Position numbers and translations under genes: made by a program. The notes beneath the pieces are model-generated. The model ran no database searches, was not told where the DNA came from, and saw nothing but the letters and a program-made list of their open reading frames with translations. Positions 45,223 to 59,012 of a stretch of 64,000 nt of DNA are shown piece by piece. This stretch comes from Schizochytrium sp. TIO01 (taxonomy: Eukaryota; Protista; Bigyra: Labyrinthulomycetes). How positions within the stretch are numbered: the stretch's first letter is position 1; the number at the start of each line of letters is the position of its first letter. Where the stretch lies: positions 1,798,001 through 1,862,000 of the forward strand of contig SMSO01000034.1 of NCBI GenBank assembly GCA_004764695.1, written 5' to 3'.

Positions 45223-46789
45223 AAGTTCTCTATTTTTTCACGTTTATAACAGAAATCGTGCATACAGGACATAGATCCTTTCTCTTTAATTTTTCAATTA
45301 AATCAACCAATTTTATTAACCCGAATAGATATACTACCCCACTCCTGTACGCCCTGAAAAATACACACTAGAAAACAAAACAAAACAAGACCCTTGATTG
45401 ATTGACCCGCAAAGCGCGAGTTCTGACAGAAACTTAGTCAGTTAGTTAGTTAGTCAGTCAGTTGATCCGTCGATTGTTGTCGCTACGCTGTCTCGTATAC
45501 CACGATTGGCCTCGCCTTTTTGTTCCTACCTACCTCTGCCTACAGCTGCGCTGACACACACGGTCCGACCGACCGAATCGTGGACTAACGGTGAGGCCAC
45601 AGTGGAACTAACTCACTAACTCTGTTGCTCTTCTCTTGAAACGCCGGGAAAACCCGCGCTTTCTTTGCGCTGCCGCCTCAGAGGTCATCGCTTCGAAGGC
45701 GCCGGGAGACGAAAGGAATTGAATGAGTGAGCCAAGCATCGATAGAACAAGGGCCCGGCCGGCTTGTGACGAATGCTCGTCAGCTACACTCTTCAGGGCT
45801 CAGAACTCCTGAGTCTGACTGACTGACTGATTGACTGAGGACTCAGACGAGCTAAGCTTGGCGGCAGACAGATTCGCAGACTGGACGCCGCTGCGCCGCA
45901 ATTCCGGGCCTGCGCGTGCTACGATTCCGGGCTGCTTTTGTCTCCTCTTTTCTGTCTTTCTTACTTTCTTACTTCTTACTTTGTTTCTTACTTTGTTTCT
46001 TACTTTTGTTTCTTCCTTTCGTGTGGTGTGCGTACGTGTATGTATGTGTGTTTCGGTGTGCGTTCGCTCATTGCATTAGCTCAGCTCAGATCGCTGTACC
46101 AGTGCGCGAGTGCGTGAATGCGTGCGGCCCTGCTCTGCATTGCAGTGCACTGCAATAACGTTCGTTTATGCGCCCGTTGTCATTTTGGGCCCAGAATCGA
46201 TGGCCGTCAGCGCCGGTGATCTGACTCGAGAGACAGCGTGGAAGCAACGGAATTTGCACAAGCCCTCCGGAAAGTCATTGCCAACAGAGTGAGTGCAGTT
46301 GCTTATTGATTGATTGTTTGGATTCATTCATTCATTCATTCATTCGTTCATTCATTCATTCATTTACTTTTGCCTCACTGGTCGGATCGTCCATCGCTGA
46401 TTGAATGTTACGAGACCCATCGACATATGAAAACCAGCACCTCCATTTCGCCAGGAGGAGGATCCCGATCATTGATTTGTTCATTCATTCATTCGTTCAT
46501 TCATTGATTTGTTGATCTTCTTTGGTTTTGTTTCATAAGGTGTGGATTAAACATTCGCGATTCCTCTCATGGGATAGCTCAAGAATTCGGAATTTCTCTG
46601 CTTCGGAATTCATTGGTTCAGGATTTCTCCGCGGAAGGAGAGAGAGGGTGTCCATCCGCTTGTCCACCTTCTCCGCGTACTGCTCTTGGACAAACAATCA
46701 AGTGGAAATGAAAAGGATGGCATCCATCGAATGAGTCATCCACGGCGGTGACCTGGCCAACGTCGAGTTCTAACCTCCTAACTGATTTT

Positions 46790-46896
<107 letters not shown>

Positions 46897-49800
46897 TAAT
46901 CAAACGAACGAACGAATAATAGGAAAGCGAATGTTATTTCAGGTCGGTTATGATGGTGGACTGGCTGCAGAAAGCAGGCCGAGTTGAGGACCCTCTCCAA
47001 TCGAGTCCCAATCGGTGAACGAGCGCCGCCACAAAGTCTTCCTCTTCCTCTGAAGCGAAGCGAAGCGCACAGCGAGTTTTTGCTTAAAGCAAGCAACAAC
47101 TTCTAAAGCTTTCTAAAGCGCTGTCCAAGTGCTGAAGAAATGAAGCACCTTCGAAGGAAGCGAGTTAGTTACTGAGGGTTATAGTACAAGGTGTGGGCAA
47201 GAAAGCGTCGTTGTCGTTGTCGTTGTTGTTGTTGTCTTCAGTATCATGTGTACGCGGAGGCACGAAGGCCACCAAATCGTAACTTCCGGCCGTGGAGGGA
47301 GAAGGGCAGACTCAGTCAGTAGCCGTTCACCGCACTTAAGGCAGAGCGCGAGGGGCTCTTGACCTGCCTCTGCCCTTTGTTGACCTCCTCCTTTCATAAG
47401 TTGTTTCTTCTTTCTTTTCCTTTTTTTACTAGCAAGTTCCTTATCTTAATCAATTAATTTGCTGACTTGCTGTTTCTCTTGTTGGAAAATGTCTTGTTCT
47501 TCAAGAGGTTAGACTGTGGCGGCCATCACACTGCGCTTATTAACCGTCTTTTCCCGTTTCGCTTGCTCGATGAATGAGGTGGTTTGGCTACCTTCTCTAG
47601 AGGTGATTTGGATGTTTAACTAGAGAGATGGCTGGCTTTTAAAGGTGATTTGGATGAAAAGTTTGCGTGTTGTGGCAGGCAGGAATAAGCGTTGACCGCC
47701 TCGCTTAATCACAGCGTTGCGAAGCAGTTTCTGAAAGAATGACACAACGGAGGACTTGGCAGTTTTGAGCATTGCGGGCCTTCCTTCCTTCAGCCTTTTG
47801 GTTTAGCACTAGCATATTTTGTGGTATTACTATTTTAATTTTATTTTTTTAATAGTTGTTTTAAATTAATTATATGCAGATTCAACGAGTCTTTAATCTA
47901 TATAGTTTTTTTTTTTAGTTTTTTCAAAGCTCGCATTTCCTATGAGTGTAAAAAGAATTGAAAACTCTTTGGTGAATTATTTTAAATAAATAATACTTTT
48001 TATTATTTTAATATTTAAAATGAAAACGCAATGTAGTGTATTAAAATTAACACCCTGTGTTCCCCTCGCCCCCCCCCAAAAAATAAAAAATAAAATATTT
48101 ATATATAATAAATCTTTCACCTTAATTTTGTTTTTTAAATATCTGTTTCACAAAACAATTTTGTTTTTCATCTCATGACTTGAGTTGGCTCCATTTTTAA
48201 AATTTAAAATAAAGAGGAATCATAGTTCAGATTTCGAGGATGATGGAAGAGCAAAAGAGTAAAGGTTAGGTCACAGAGGGAAGAAACGCAAATGAAGAGG
48301 TTAAAGACGTACTAGTGGTCTAAGCAATTGAGGAGGAAATTGGGGAAGTGCTGGTTCCAAACCTACCTAAACAGACACACTGACAGAGACAGACACACAG
48401 ATAGACAGACCGTTAATAAATCATTCACTCACTCACTCAAGCCTTCATTCATTTATTCATTCATTCATTTATTCATTCATTCATCTTCCTTCACTCCTTT
48501 ATTCATTCGCTCACTCACTCACTCGCCCACTCAATGGGGACTGAAGGACAATCGCTATGGAGTGATGTTGAAGGAAGGTAGTAAAAAGAACTCCATCACG
48601 AGGAAACCAACGGGAAGAAGAACCATTGAGAAGAAGTCAATCAATCGACCACATATTCAAAGTAAAGGAATTGAATGGCCGTGTGATAACCCAAACTACA
48701 GAGCGGATTCCAAAAAAAGAATCAGAAAAGAACTTCACTGAGAAGGAAGGACCTATCGAGTAACTAAAAGCGAGTACCTACCTACATGCCTGCCTATGAT
48801 CAGACCTGGTTGAGCAGAGAGATACCTTCTTTCGATCAGACGTATCTAGCTTGTAAAATGTGTGGAGAAGTAGGTATACTCAAAAGCAAGGAATTCGGGA
48901 CTTCTCTCGCAGCGAATTAACTTCTTAACCTACAGACCATGGACTCAGTCGGTAGCTAAGATAGACAGATAGATAGATAGCAGCTATCCATGGATAGGTT
49001 CCCTACATATGGCAAGCATGCAGGCAGGCAGTCAGACAGCCTTTGCTGTCAATCGATCCAAGTGAGAGGGAATGAAGGACAAAACTCGAGAGATGGGGCG
49101 GGGACGCTTCGCGCAGATCCTCCGTGGCCGAGACGGCGAAGAGTGACGTTTCCCCTGTTTTCCAAGACGCGACGCCAGCCTTTGAGGGACCATCGAATTT
49201 TCCATCTCATGATTGATGCATGCATTCATGCATTAGGAAACTTGGTTCTCTTGAGTTCCACTTCTTCGCCTTTGCACTTGTTCGCTTTCTAGGATCTTGC
49301 TACGTGGGCAAGGTGAGCTTGCAAGGCGATTTGCTTAGACGGACACCCAGACAGATGAGCAGATTGGTGGAGGCTACAGCGCGGAGGCGAAGACAGCTAC
49401 GAGAGAGCATACTTAGCAACGCTCGTGGTGTTCATAGCATCGAGCGATGGAGAACCAGCTGTCTCGGAGATCTTCTGCATGTATTGTGGCTCCTTCGTCC
49501 GTTATTCTTAATGGTTTCGCTCGCTTACGTAGCTCACCCAATTTGACAGCTTGACCATCCTCGATCTCGACAATGCCACTGCATAGAATGTCCACCTGAC
49601 GACACTTAGCAGTCTGGCGTTCTGAAGGGAAAGCCACAGCGTTCAAGGTATCGGGCCCCATGACTCCTGCATGGTTGCACACATATATTTATTCAATCGA
49701 TACCAATAATTCCAATCAGTCTTGGAATTCATCCTTGACTTCCAGGCCTCCTCTATTCTTTGGAGAGCTTTGTTTGCTCCGCTCTGGTTTACTTTGGTGT

Positions 49801-51581
49801 GGTATGGTTTTCCTGCATTTGAATCATCGACTTGGGCTCGAAGTCAAACTGTTGAACTTGACTTGAGGGGTCATTCAGCCCACTCACGAACTCATTCACG
49901 CACTCACGAACTCATTCATTGTAGATGAGCGAACAAAGCAGAGCGAACAAAGCAAAGCAAAAAGCCAAGCCAAGCAAAGCAATGCGAATCGAACTCGAGG
50001 CTTTTCTCGACGATCGAGCGACCCTTCCAGAGCCACCCATCTCGCTCACCCTCGACCCCTGCGATCGGTCGAATCTATCGCGATCATGTAGATCCCAGCA
50101 GCAGCCAAGCATGAGCAACTTCGCATCATCAGCCTCAAGCGCAAGAAGCCTCGATGATGCAGGCGAGTGGCATCGACTAAATAGTCTCCTCGCTCCAGGG
50201 CTGCAACGGCGAGTGACTTATCGACCTTTCCCAAGCAACCCCAAATCATTGAATGAATGAATGAATGAATGAATGAATGAATGAACAAGTGAGCCAGCGA
50301 GCAGGTCCTCTTTTCTAAATGCAAAGAAGCGGGATGACACGCCTCCAGTAGCGCGGCTTGGCGATTGCGGCGACGACAATCCCGGATGCGTTGGCGGCCT
50401 TGAGGAGGTTTGAATTCTGAAGTCTGGATTGCAAGGAACACGAATGAAAGATTCCAATGATGATACAAAATTCAAAATTCAAATTATCAATCGATCGATC
50501 GACTGACTGACAGAGTGACTGGCAGAGTGACTGACAGACCAGACAAACCTACGGACAGGCGGCCGCGAGGAAGAAGGGAAAGCAAGAACCTGCAACGAAC
50601 GAGAGACTGCCTCGGGAAACCAACTCTTCAGTTCTCCCGCTCGCTTCCTTTCTTCGAATTTGAGTGGATTGCTGTTGGTCGTTGAAAGTTTTGAGCGAAA
50701 TTGCTCTGAGAATTCAAAAGATTGCAACAAGTTGTCGAAGAAGCAACAAAGGACCAAACAAACTTGAAGAAGCCCTCACCGAGTTGGTCAGTGAATGAGC
50801 GAGGTGAGGCGGAGGTTCAAGGCTCGCGGAAGGAGACGCCACATCGCATCGACTACTGTTGTTGGGGTCGTTTATAGACTTGGGATCTGTCCTTTGCTCA
50901 TCATTCTTGGCGGAGCCGATGCATTTCAAGGTTTTTCCTTTCCCGTTCTTTTTTCTACTATTTCCTACTTCTTCTTTTTCTTTTCTTTTTCTTTCTTTCT
51001 TTGTGTCTTTGTTTCTTTGTTTTCCGGGTGAATAAATGGATATTGAATTCATCCACGATTACATGTATGCAATGACCTTCTTCGCCCTGAGCACGAATAA
51101 CGCAGCGCATTTACCGCTCGGGAGCCGAATCGAAGGCTAGTATCGGGTCCCTCCTGGAGGTGGAAAGAGCCCCACTTCCATTCATTACTCAAAGTCACTG
51201 AGAAGAGGTAAGAGCGAGAAATGCGAAGCACCCCATCGCTCACCTAACGACCGTGGAGGAAGACCCACAAGAACCCCAAAGCGTGACGGTCCTCCAATCA
51301 GTCAGTCAGCCATTCATATCTGAGGCCACAATTGCGTACTGGCGTTGAACTTTGAACCAGGCACATGCTCCGGAGCATTTCAACAAGGCGGCTGGAGAAT
51401 CTCTTGAATTCGCAAAGGCAATTGAACAAGAAGAACTAGCACATGCAAGCTCGAACGAATGAATGAACTTTTCAATGATTGCCACAGTTTCCAGTGTCAA
51501 GATCTTCGAAAACAACCAACCAAAATGCAAAATATACCGGATTCTTGCCACGCGAAGTAAATGGTAAATACTTGGGAAGCT

Positions 51582-51682
51582 CAAGCCAAATCAAAGCCAG
51601 TAAAGACATAAAGCTAAGTCAAAGCCACTAAGTCAAATCAAAGCCAGTAAAGCCAAGTCAAAGCCACTAAGTCAAATCAAGC
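51582..51682. repeat. Imperfect minisatellite built from AAGTCAAAGCCACT / AAATCAAAGCCAGT subunits
   Basis: AAGTCAAAGCCACTAAGTCAAATCAA and AAATCAAAGCCAGTAAAG each occur twice. Confidence 0.8.
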
Positions 51683-54600
51683 AGAAGAGGTCCTGTTAAA
51701 TGGACATGAAGGGAGGTCTACATTCCTAAATTAATTGTCTATATTAAAAAAGTCAAAACTTGTACATTGAACTTCAATTTCAATTTCAAAAAATGGGACC
51801 AATGGACTCTTTGTGACATAAATAGTGTATTAAGAGAAAAACGCCATTCTGAAGATAAATCCAAACCAAATCAATGAATCTGTTGCGTTATATTAGTCCA
51901 AAAACTTGGATAGGACGAGCTAGTGAGCATGCTATAAAAAAGTATCTTCAGCAACATCAGGTTTATCTGTTGCATAGATTTAATCTCCTGCAATAGTATT
52001 TGGCCCAGACTGACATTCCAGATTTGCTATCATGTGAAATTGATTATTTGCTTTTCAAAATGTTGCATTGTATACATTCGGTGTGCTATATGCATGAGGA
52101 CTGGGAGACGCATAAAAGCATAAGCATACATGTTGGTCTACATTCGTTTGGATTGGGATTTAAAATACTTCAATAGGCCTCTATTAAATAGTTTGCATTG
52201 GGGCCTATGACAATAAACTGTGACATTATACTCTCTGATCTCAACAACATAAAATTCAAAATTCGATTGATTCGACCTGAAAGATGTAGAATGCCAATGG
52301 ACGCTGCTGTAGCAACAGGCAATAATTCCGCAAAGTACGCTTAATTACAGCATGATGCAGATGGAAAAATAAATATCATATTCCCTAACTCAACGACGCT
52401 GTTGAAATATATGTCGTGTCATATATAAACATCACTTCGGACTGGGGCTTAGGACTTAAAGGTATGGGAATCCATTTGAATGGGAAACCGAAGCATGGGT
52501 TTCAACTGATGAGCTTAGAAGAGAACAAGCCACGATGAGCGTTTGCAACACATCAATGCATAAAAAAATACATCAGTGGACGTTCAACTTTGTTCATTTC
52601 TTTCATAGCGTAGCCTCAGCTGGGATTAGGAGAGTCAGTTGGATTTGTTTGGGCTGAGATAGGGACCGATCGCACTCCGAAGCATGGTGAAAGGTGAGCG
52701 AGCATTCAGGAGGAGGAAGCCAAGATCTTGGGGTGAACAAAATGGCAAACAAACGATCTTTAGAAATGATGCTGTGAGAATTTTTTTCAATTTTTATTTT
52801 TATCTCATTTACAGTTGGTTGGCTATTTTTCCAAAAAGTTAGAACCACAGACTAACGACATTTTTTTTTTTAATTTCAATTGTTTAAGGCTTATGGGAAA
52901 ATTCGCAATGAAAAAACCGAATATTCATTTACGTCTGTCTTTTCAAAGCCTTTTATAAGACAGCGCACCATGTTCATTAAATCGAGCAGGAAATAGAGAT
53001 TGTTTTTTCATTCAAAGTATAAACAGTGAGAGACTGTCCACATATAATCTTTTCTTTTTTAGGTTTAGAAAGAGGAAGGAAAGCCTGTTTACCTTTAGGA
53101 TGTAGTAACGAGGAAAGATCATGCAGCAGGCAGCAGCAGACAAACTGAGATGGGGAATCCCCAGGAGAAGAAGAAAATAAAATAAGGTTTGCGTCGACTT
53201 CTTTTTCTCGATCTTCCTTCACAGTGACCTCTGAGGAAGTTTTCCCTTCTTCTTCTTCTTCTTCGCCTTCTGCTGCAGGAGCTCTTTTTTCCTCTCAGAA
53301 GCAGGTAAATAGATATGGTACCTCTTCCGGCAAAGCCTATTCCGAGGACCCCGACTCTCCTTTTAAAGTAAGGAAGTAAACACGTCGTCCTCAGAACAGA
53401 ACGGTGAGAAGAGCTGGAAAGAAAGAAAGAAAGTAGAGACATCACGAGAGGAGAAAAGGGCAAACGATTCGAAGGAGTCCACGAAGAATCATCGATCCTC
53501 AGAAAGAACGCGGAGCTCGCAGAGAGACTCGTAAATGGCGCCAGACCCGGACCAAGACGATGAATACAAAGATGGCAACCGCGATAACTATCTACTAATT
53601 ATACCTTCAGAGCGGCTGCTTCTGATGATGCTGTGTGCCTCTTTCTCTGCTCTGTTCTGGAGCATGGATGAGCGAGTCTTGCGTACCTAAAGACGTGATG
53701 GCGTACTCTATAGAGATCCTCAGGAGCATTGGAGGAATGGAACGCTCGTTTGAAAGCTTTTCTTTGCAACGTCTTTGCAACGATAGATTCCACGTGACAG
53801 GGGTCGTGTTCTTCGTAGAGAGGGCGCATGCATTCTCAAAGACTTGCTTGTTGTACGAAGGAACTGAATGAAAGCGCACTCGAATCAACCCAGCGCCGCC
53901 GATCCAATTGCTTGCATCACCGATTCACTTCGATACTGCTCTCTGCTCGAAACGGGCCGCCAAAGCGGTAGGGAACTCGGATCTATTCTCGCAGACAGAC
54001 AGACTTCGCCTTTTCCAATCTTGAAGATCGAGCGTCAAGTACCCCTCATCAATCGCCCTCTCCGTTGTGAAAAGGAGGGAGCCAAACGAAGATCTTCTGC
54101 TTCTTCTGCATTCGAACGCACGCCCTCAGAGGCCGCAAGGCTTGTAGAGAGGCCTCTCAGAAAGGCTTGGCTGCTGGCTGGCCTGCCAAAGAAAGAAATG
54201 GAGATGGAGGTCCTCGCTAGAACAAACTTGTTGGATTTCTCTGTTTCCGCAGTCTCGTCGCCGGAGCGAAAGCCTCGAGGCTTTTGGAATAATCAGTGGA
54301 GCGATTCCATTAAAATCCAGACCTACCGCCAACTTCTAAGTATACTGAGTTTATAGGAAATGTAAACAACAAAACAACAACAGAAAAACCACAAAAGTAA
54401 GTAAGTCATTCATTCCCTTATTATAGTCTGGAAGGTCCGAAATTACGCAGAACAAGTCACTCGCAAATTGTAGGTAGCTGGCGCACGAAAACGTGGAGAT
54501 GGAAGACTTTGATACCTACCTACCAAGCAAGGTCTTGTGGCCTTATACTTGGAAAAACTGGAAATTGAAAGCAAATGCGAAAGCAAGGATGAACTCCTTA

Positions 54601-57545
54601 TTTATTTTTCACAAGGGTATGTTTACAAGTATTATTACCTATTCTTTAGTTAAGCGCGGGTACCACCATGGCATGAACGAGATTTCTTTTGATCTGCGGA
54701 TTCATAGGGGATTGCAGTAGTGTAGTTGCACCTGCCACCGTAGTATTAACCGTAATCCTTCTGCTTTTGTAGAGAACGAGACACGTGCCGCAGACTCCGG
54801 AGAATGTGGGATGGCCATTCTTATTCTTGCGACCGACGCAGCCTCGAAAAGGGAAGCTGTTTTAGGCGCCGCAAGAAGCCTCGAAGACACCTCCCGTAGC
54901 GAAGTAAGCGCAGGCTCCAAGGCACTTGGCTGAACGCCTCTCAGATTAGCACTCAATGCTAATCGAATGAACGAACTCAAGGTGAGTTCTGTCTTGTCGT
55001 TCGTTGTATGGTGCGAGTATAGAAACGAAAGAAAAATCGAGCAACTCAATATGCGAAGCTTTACTAAATGCTGCTATGGTGCGGTAGTTATGGCTAGTGA
55101 GGTGCTAAGACCGAGGAATACAGGTAGATCTGGCGAAGTTGTTTACTTTCGAGTTTCAAGAGAGAGCCTCTATGTATAGAAGTTCTATTTTCTACAGGAT
55201 ATCATGGCTTGGTAAGTCTTGCTCTTCAAAACCTTTTACTTACTTACACCTGTTGGTCTCTGCTTTAAATTAGAGCTTTTTCTTCTCTTCCTTAAACAAA
55301 TAAATAAATAAACAAACAAAATGAAGAAGGTTTTTGCTATTGTTGTTTTTTTAATATATGTCATTTTAAAATGATGGGTATGAACAAAAAATAATTAACC
55401 TCGAGGGTTTTACTACGTATTCTTTTCCGTACCGCAGCTCAACTAGAACTGTTATCTCGAATCCTTAGACTTGGCATAATGCACGCCACCACTTATTTTG
55501 CCATATTTAAGTTTTTGCAAAACTAGTATCGATGCCTCTTTTTCAACTTTCTTCATTTAGTCTTTAGAACGGAATTTAACAAACGTCCGAAATGCTTCAA
55601 TTCTTCGAACTCACCTACGGACACGAGAAGTCCTTCCTTCATTCTTTTCTTCTTCTTCTTTTTTCAACACATTAATTAACATAAATTAAAATACAAGTCT
55701 CTTGTTTTCTTTTTCTTTTTTACTTTTCTTTTCTTTTCTTTTCTATTTCCCCAATGTACTATAAAAGTTTTTTTTAATTAATATATGTATACCTGAAAGG
55801 CGGCCTTTTATTTTATTTCTTAAAGATTACTAACATGATCAGATTAGATACCTCCACTTTGTTTGGATGGTAGGTACTACCTGCTCTTCCAAGATTTTGA
55901 TATTCTTCGATGATAATTCCCCTTGCTTGCCTCCTCTTTGACAATCATGCAAAGAATGAAAACAAAAATCTAAAAAGCAATGATAGGCCAAAGCACTTCA
56001 GATCTGCTGAGAAAGAAAAAATTGTGGAGAGTCTTTGGATCAGCGGTCTTAAAAGAAGTTGGAAAGTGGAAAGTGTGAGCAAGGGAAAAACGTGGCGGGG
56101 ATCTATGGCGCGCCAAAACGAGTGCGCGCCAGTCAGACAGAGAGTTTTCCGGTCAGCGAGCCAGCCGACCGGAAACGCAGGTCTTGATTGTGAGGAAGAA
56201 ACTTAGACAAAGAAACCAAACAAACCAAAGAAACCAAACAAACAACAAAGAGCAAACAAATAAACAAAGAGCAAACAAACAAAGTTGTTTGCTTATCCGT
56301 GGAACGAGAGGGAGAAAGAGCTACTTACTCCCTGATCATTGCAAAGAAATTTTGAGACTATGTGGAGTAAATGAGCGAGGTGTTCTTGAGATCCCAAAGG
56401 ACGAGTAAGAGCTGGCTAGACACGAGTACGCGGGGTTTCTGAGGCACAAACGCCATCGTAAGTATAGATAAAAATATAATATTATGCAGTCTTGGGACCA
56501 TTGAAGATAAAGAAAGCTTGTTGAAAATGGGGCACTCTATTGGAATTCAAAAGGAAACGCAGTACGGGAAAACTTAAAAATGCTTTGTGAACTATTTTTA
56601 AAAAGTTAAAAATAAGTTCACTTTTTTTAATTGCCTTTTTTTAAAGACCGCTTTCAAGGGGGGGGAATAATATGTATGTATGATGTTCGATTGCAAAATG
56701 AAAGATGAAAATGTATTTAAATTTAAATTTAAAAATAGTACTAGAAATTCAAAACTAGAACTTTCTTCAAATCTATTCATTTATTTTTAATTATAAAACA
56801 ACTCTAGCGACTGATTGTCGCTTATTCAAATACGTCAAACAACACTTGTCATGAAAGAGAAAATCAAAACATGCACTAAAACCCCCAACTCAAGTTGCAG
56901 AAGAGCTTCAACACCATTTTCAAAAACCAGCGCCGTGTTTCACTTTCACTTTTTCATAGATATTTTTTTTTTTGCTTCTTATTTCAAACCATTTATTTGT
57001 TCTTATTTTTTTCAATTTGGGAAGTGTTACATGTAACTAAAGCCGACGAAGGGAGAACTTGAAAAGATGAGAAAACATAAGTTCTCTTTTTAGTGTGGTA
57101 CAAGTCGCAAATATCTCATTTTAGCACTTCCTGCACTGCCATTTTGCGACAACATCCTTATCACCTCAGAGCTCGCACTCACGCCTCTGCAGTAATCCTG
57201 CCATGGCTAAGCATGCATCAATCATGCAGCTTCTTCATGCCACACGCATCCAGGGAGTGAATCTACACCTCGGCGCACGGTGTGCTCCGGAGGGCTTCTA
57301 CAATGAAGTCTAGCGGTGGCGTAGGCGATTGAATATACATTCGAGTGTCGCGCGTGCAGGATCCACGAATTCATTGCATTCGCCATTTAACGATTGCTGG
57401 AAATGGCAAATAATGATTTTGTGCAATTAGGTTGAAAGTCATGAAGTCACGTTGGGAGTTCATAAGGGAGTACCTACGAGGTACTTGAACGTCCATTGCC
57501 TCCGCTCTCTGCGTCACTTGGGTTCCTGAAGCCAGTCGTTCCCCG

Positions 57546-57775
57546 GAATCCGCAGTGAATGAATCAATCAATCAATGAGTGAATGCGCAGTAAATGAATG
57601 AAAAGGAATGAATGCGCAGTGAATGAATGAAAAGGAATGAATGCGCAGTGAATGAATGAAAAGGAATGAATGCGCAGAGAATCAAGGAATAAACCAAGGA
57701 ATCAAGGAATAAATCAAGGAATGAAAAGGAATGAATGCGCAGTGAATGAATGAAGGAATGAATGAAAAGGAATAA
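57546..57775. repeat. 29-bp minisatellite (GAATGCGCAGTGAATGAATGAAAAGGAAT), 5-6 copies
   Basis: Units start at 57581, 57610, 57639 and 57668, another at 57733, and a variant at ~57546. Confidence 0.9.
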
Positions 57776-58107
57776 AAGAAAGAAAGAATGTTCATCTACC
57801 TACTCATTAAACAACAACATTTGGCCCACAAGTTACGCCGTGTAAGTTCTTCTCCGGATGACCGGCCTCGCTCACTCGGACCCACGCCATGCACTTAAGC
57901 CTCAGCATCACATACTAACTACTATGGATGCAACAGCGAGTGACGCAATCTTGCACATTTCTTAAGAAAACTTCGCTCTGATGTTGAAGAAAGCAGCAGC
58001 GAATGAGCAGTCAATCTTTCGTGGCATTTACAATTTCCGAAGCTACCTCTTCCACGCTCGTGGCTGCGTGCTAGGAGGACCGTGGCTGCTGGCTGGCTGA
58101 GAACGCC

Positions 58108-58287
58108 ATGGCGAAGGCAGGAAAGAACCCGAAGAATGTGGATGGCCATATATCTGTCTTGAGCACCAACAACACGTGCAGTGTTTGCAAGCTTCCGAGA
58201 GGTCGCAAAGGCGTGTTTACATTCGGAACCAAAGCAAGGAAAGGAACCAAATCGCAGTCTTGTGACTTCAAGTTGTTAGTGTGTTGA
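58108..58287 (+). CDS. Candidate small ORF, 59 aa, basic with CxxC (MAKAGKNPKN...CSVC...SCDFKLLVC)
   Basis: Manually translated; GCCATGG start context; preceded by a (GGCT) tract; below the ORF-track cutoff. No homology known to me. Confidence 0.15.
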   Translation: MAKAGKNPKNVDGHISVLSTNNTCSVCKLPRGRKGVFTFGTKARKGTKSQSCDFKLLVC

Positions 58288-59012
58288 TACTTGGAAACCC
58301 TTTGAACGCAATTCGTGAAGACCTGCGTTGAAATCCACGACCTATGGTCCCGCTCCCTCACGGAGTCGCGGCGGCGAAGACCTGTGAATATTCTTACCCG
58401 CTACCTCGCGCGCTTTCCTTTCGCCAAACATCCTTCGACCTTGGCGACGCAAGGGACTAACTCACCGCGCTTCTAAGGAGTTCAAACTCTGCAAGTGCCG
58501 GGACTGCCAACTTAAAGAGACGAGATCAGAAAAGAGGGTTCAGATAATCTCGGTGACTGGCGTACTCCTCCACCATCGTTGGTGCTTTGCAGGAGGAGGA
58601 ACACTTTCCATCTTAGTCTTATTCTTATTCTCTGATTGCTTGCTTGCTTGCTTGCTTGCTTGCTTTAAAAAGTGCATATCACCGCTGCAGAACAGAAGAA
58701 GCGAGATATCAACCACAGAAGCTCCTCAAGAGCGCCGCACGAGCTTGAGTGCATGGAAGCATCTGCTGCAAGCAATCCGAAGCTCCTCGGGAGGACCATC
58801 CATGCTCAACAACTTTAGTTTGGTGGTTCGCTGGCCACGTCTTTTAGCAACCATTTGTCTTGTTCGCAACTACCGGACAAGTCGGAACTTTGGGTGTACT
58901 GCTGCACATAAATTTGTATAGATGGATATATATATCTATATTTCAGAGCATGTCCTCATGGTTGGAAATATTGCTCAATTGGTAGCCTCTAGAATGGCGA
59001 AACTTCGAAACC

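Noticed and set aside
57546-57775. CRISPR-like array
   Set aside because: Units are head-to-tail with no unique spacers, no cas genes, eukaryotic context.
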